Assembly: GCA_963814645.1 (NCBI GenBank)
Contig: CAWFDX010000002.1
Coordinates: 368,480-432,479, forward strand
Direction: 5' to 3'
Origin: an uncultured Actinomycetes bacterium
GTDB lineage: Bacteria; Actinomycetota; Actinomycetes; Streptosporangiales; Streptosporangiaceae
DNA: 64,000 nt
The notes under the pieces were generated by a model, which was not told where the DNA came from, made no database searches, and was given only the letters and a program-made list of their open reading frames with translations. The translations under genes and the position numbers were made by a program. Within the stretch, counting starts at the first letter, position 1, and each line of letters begins with the position of its first letter. Positions 61,289 to 64,000 of this stretch are shown here, piece by piece.

Positions 61289-62389
61289 ATGTTCAAGCGC
61301 CTGGTAGCTATGGCTGGCAGCCTGGTCATGGCCCTCGCGGGCCTGACCGTGACCGTGAGCTTAGCGCAGGCCGCCACCTCGGCCGGGACGTGCCGTCACG
61401 TCACCGGGCCGTTTCATATGCACAAAGACGAGATCACTGCCTCCACCGGGCAGCGCTATATCCCCTATGGGATCGTGGTCACCGGGCTGGGGAATCCTAA
61501 CTGGGCCGAGCATCAGCCCGGGGACGCCGCCGAGATAACCGCCTCGGCCAATTCGTGGTGCGCCAACACGGTCGAACTGGAGGTCTTTCAGTACGCCATG
61601 TTCAATGCGAACGGGAGCGTCAACTCGACCTTCCTCGGCCTGGTTGAGTCCGAAGTGAGCCAGGCGCTCGGACTGGGCCTGGTGGTGGCCATCACCGACC
61701 AGACCGAAGGCGGCCCACCGGACAGTGGAGGGCTACCGGAAGCGCAAACCAAGACGTTCTGGAATGTGCTGAACGGCATATACGGGCACAATACGGACGT
61801 AATCTTCGATCTGTACAACGAGCCCCGGCGGGTGGGCGCGGGCAACGAGACGTCAACCTGGAAGTACTGGCGGAACGGCGGTACGTACCAGGGCACGAAA
61901 TATATCGGGATGCAGACCCTGGCCAGTTACCTGCGCCGGATCGGGTCGCGCAACCTGTTCTGGATCGAGGGCCCGCATACCGGCGGTTCGCTGCAATACG
62001 TCAGGCAATACCAGGTGACCAAGGCCGGGCCGCTGGAGTACGGGGAAAATCATCCTGGCATGGTGAACTCGCCACACAACGCGGCGTACTGGAACACCCG
62101 GTTCGGCGACAGCGCCTCGGCGGTGCCGATAATCGAGACGGAGTGGACGAATTACGCGTCGACCCGATCCTGCTGGGTTAACGCGCCGAAGTCCGTACCG
62201 AGGTTCCTCGCGTATCTCGCGCAGCACCATATGGGCCTCATGGCCTGGACGCTGAGCCTGGGCGTGCTGGTGGAATCGGGCAACCTGGCCGACCCGACCA
62301 GGATCAAGAGTAATTGGGCTTGCAAGAATGGCCTCGACGAGGGCGCAGGTCATCAGTTCATGCAATTCTTCCGCCGGTACAATAGCTGA
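61289..62389 (+). CDS. Secreted glycoside hydrolase, GH5 (cellulase-family)-like
   Basis: Signal peptide MFKRLVAMAGSLVMALAGLTVTVSLAQAA. Acid/base-type motif IFDLYNEP and nucleophile-type motif IIETEW. GC is visibly lower than in neighbouring genes. Confidence 0.6.
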   Translation: MFKRLVAMAGSLVMALAGLTVTVSLAQAATSAGTCRHVTGPFHMHKDEITASTGQRYIPYGIVVTGLGNPNWAEHQPGDAAEITASANSWCANTVELEVFQYAMFNANGSVNSTFLGLVESEVSQALGLGLVVAITDQTEGGPPDSGGLPEAQTKTFWNVLNGIYGHNTDVIFDLYNEPRRVGAGNETSTWKYWRNGGTYQGTKYIGMQTLASYLRRIGSRNLFWIEGPHTGGSLQYVRQYQVTKAGPLEYGENHPGMVNSPHNAAYWNTRFGDSASAVPIIETEWTNYASTRSCWVNAPKSVPRFLAYLAQHHMGLMAWTLSLGVLVESGNLADPTRIKSNWACKNGLDEGAGHQFMQFFRRYNS

Positions 62390-62411
62390 CTGACGGTGCC
62401 GGGAGGAAAAC

Positions 62412-62978
62412 ATGAACGAGGCGCACCTGCGCATCTGCGCCAGCCCGGAATGGGCGGCCTACGTGGAGTCGGAACTGCTGCCGTGGGCGCTGCGGGAGGC
62501 CGACCTCGGCGACGAGGTGCTTGAAGTGGGGCCCGGGCCGGGGCTGACCACCGACGTGCTGCGCCGCCGGGTGCCCCGGCTCACCGCGGTGGGGATCGAC
62601 GAGCGGCTGGCCAGCGCGCTGGCCGAGCGGATGTCGGGCAGCAACGTCGAGGTGGTGCACGGCGACGGCACCCGGCTGCCGTTCGACCCGGGCCAGTTCA
62701 GCGCGGCCACCTTGTTCACCATGCTGCATCACGTCCCCTCGGCGGACCTGCAAGACAAACTGCTGGCCGAGGTGCGCCGGGTGGTCCGCCCGGGCGGGCT
62801 GGTGGTGGGCAGCGACTCGATGGCCACGCCAGCCCGCCGGGAACTGCACGAGGGGGACGACTACCTGCCCATCGATCCGGGCGGCCTGGCCGCCCGGCTG
62901 GCCGCCGCCGGGTTCACCGGCCCGGTCGTCGAGGTGCACGACGACCGGTTCCGCTTCCTGGCCACCGTGCCGGGCTAG
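62412..62978 (+). CDS. Class I SAM-dependent methyltransferase
   Basis: Motif I VLEVGPGPGLTT and post-I/II regions (VVHGDGTRLPF, VVRPGGLVV). RBS gggagg. Confidence 0.8.
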   Translation: MNEAHLRICASPEWAAYVESELLPWALREADLGDEVLEVGPGPGLTTDVLRRRVPRLTAVGIDERLASALAERMSGSNVEVVHGDGTRLPFDPGQFSAATLFTMLHHVPSADLQDKLLAEVRRVVRPGGLVVGSDSMATPARRELHEGDDYLPIDPGGLAARLAAAGFTGPVVEVHDDRFRFLATVPG

Positions 62979-63697
62979 ACGATATAGAGCGCGATCGCGG
63001 CGTACTGGCAGGCGGCGGCGGCGCAGACGAACACGTGGAACACCTCGTGATAGCCGAACACCGACGGGAACGGGTCCGGCCACCGGAAGTGGTACGAGAC
63101 GGCCCCGGTGAGGTAGAGCAGGCCGCCGCCCAGCATCAGCACGCCGGGCACCGCACCGGAGTGAATCCAGACCGCAGGTAGCGCCAGCGCGGCCACCCAG
63201 CCGAGCGCGATGAACGTGCCGCCGACCAGCCGCTCGGGGGCGTTCATCCAGGCCATGTGGATCACCGCCGCGATTCCGGTGAGCGTCCACAGCACGATCA
63301 GCCCGGCCACCCCGATGCCGCCGCCGGTGGCCACGACGAACGTGGGCGTGGCCGTCCCGGCGATCAGGAAGAAGATCATCGCATGGTCGAGCCGCTGCAG
63401 CCGCTGCCGCGAGGTGTCTGACCAGGTCCCGCAGTGGTACAGCGCGCTGACCCCGAATAGGGCGCTCACGCTGGCCGCGTACACCGCGATGCTGGCCACC
63501 CGGGCGTCACCGTGCGCCCGGGCCAGCAGCACGGTGCTGATGCCCAGCGAGGCGGTGAACCAGAGCAGGTGCAGCCAGCCGCGCATGACCGGCTTGGTGT
63601 AGTGCACACCGCGCCGCGCGTCGTAGAACCAGCCCGCGGCCGGGGGGTCTCCGGGCGGCGGCGGTGGCACTGCTGGCGTGGGCTCGATAACGGCCAC
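62975..63697 (-). CDS. Hemolysin III / PAQR-family membrane protein
   Basis: Seven TM segments with RGWLH, SALYH, LDHAMIF and HEVFHVFV motifs. Its stop codon overlaps the convergent stop (CTAG). Confidence 0.85.
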   Translation of the reverse strand: MAVIEPTPAVPPPPPGDPPAAGWFYDARRGVHYTKPVMRGWLHLLWFTASLGISTVLLARAHGDARVASIAVYAASVSALFGVSALYHCGTWSDTSRQRLQRLDHAMIFFLIAGTATPTFVVATGGGIGVAGLIVLWTLTGIAAVIHMAWMNAPERLVGGTFIALGWVAALALPAVWIHSGAVPGVLMLGGGLLYLTGAVSYHFRWPDPFPSVFGYHEVFHVFVCAAAACQYAAIALYIV

Positions 63698-63827
63698 CGG
63701 CGGCTCCCCTCCTGGGCGGGCCGGGCTGGTTCTGCTGCGCCGGCGTCTGGTTATCCAGTGTGACCGAAAATCCGCGTTATTGCTGCCCCGATGAGCTGGA
63801 TGTCCAGAAAACAGGAAAATAACGGAG

Positions 63828-64000
63828 GCTAGCTGGGGGTGGCGCTACCGGCCACCGGGACACCGCTGCCGCCCGGGCCGCCCAGGCTGCCCGCGAAGAA
63901 CGTCCGCGCCGACCCGAGCAGTTCGTCCAGCGGCGGCCACCACGGGCCATGCGGCAGCTCGCGCAGCGCCTGCCGGACCTGGCCCGCGGCTTGCCCGTCG
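63828..64000 (-). CDS. 3' end of an unidentified CDS running off the window
   Basis: My own translation of the minus strand gives ...ALRELPHGPWWPPLDELLGSARTFFAGSLGGPGGSGVPVAGSATPS*, with very high GC3 and TAG at 63828-63830. It is absent from the ORF track because it is truncated. Confidence 0.35.

Noticed and set aside
1-64000. Search for tRNA/rRNA genes, prophage blocks, toxin-antitoxin pairs and known defence systems (restriction-modification, CBASS, retron, Abi-type)
   Set aside because: I recognised no cloverleaf-like or rRNA-like sequences, no phage structural or integrase genes other than the IS630 transposase, and no nuclease/ATPase/reverse-transcriptase combinations. Apart from the IS, the window looks like core or accessory metabolism. 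A tRNAscan/Infernal and DefenseFinder/PADLOC run would be needed to confirm this.

Overview
High-GC actinobacterial (Actinomycetota-type) chromosomal DNA, densely coding on both strands. Nearly every real gene is shadowed by long Arg/Pro/Gly-rich ORFs in other frames. I called genes from recognisable protein motifs, third-codon-position GC, RBS-like sequences and translational coupling (ATGA/GTGA overlaps). No database search was possible, so family names come from motif recognition by eye.

Gene content in order:
- a DUF397/XRE regulator pair
- an intact IS630-family insertion sequence
- a DUF5995 fusion protein
- an APC permease
- a lactonase / Fe-alcohol-dehydrogenase / zinc-ribbon operon resembling Agrobacterium blcC-blcB
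- a ~14 kb translationally coupled exopolysaccharide cluster (9.1-23.3 kb): deacetylase, UDP-sugar dehydrogenase, ATP-grasp ligase, flavin monooxygenase-like enzyme, priming phosphoglycosyl transferase, GT4/GT2 transferases, epimerase and a GH18-like protein, with an embedded atypical response regulator and a sensor-less kinase/regulator pair
- a TDT transporter with a divergent LysR regulator
- ppk2 and psiE
- a DEAD-box helicase
- a menaquinone-type block with a frameshifted methyltransferase
- a decayed MFS gene
- an L,D-transpeptidase lipoprotein behind two tandem lnt paralogues
- an EamA transporter, a THUMP-like methyltransferase and serS
- a sugar ABC operon with a GH42 beta-galactosidase
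- an S53 peptidase
- a long minus-strand redox/signalling array (50.1-56.0 kb): receiver-flavoenzyme fusion, cNMP-domain histidine kinase, zf-UBP protein, soluble molybdoenzyme, FNR-like reductase, DUF6510 and DUF1707 proteins
- a cobalamin riboswitch driving cbiB, a bluB-cobT fusion, cobU and cobS
- a lower-GC secreted GH5-like hydrolase, a methyltransferase and a hemolysin-III protein

I found no rRNA, tRNA, CRISPR array, prophage or recognisable defence system. The best candidates for undescribed biology are the 50-56 kb redox/two-component array and the uronic-acid / ATP-grasp / N-oxygenase-like trio inside the polysaccharide cluster.
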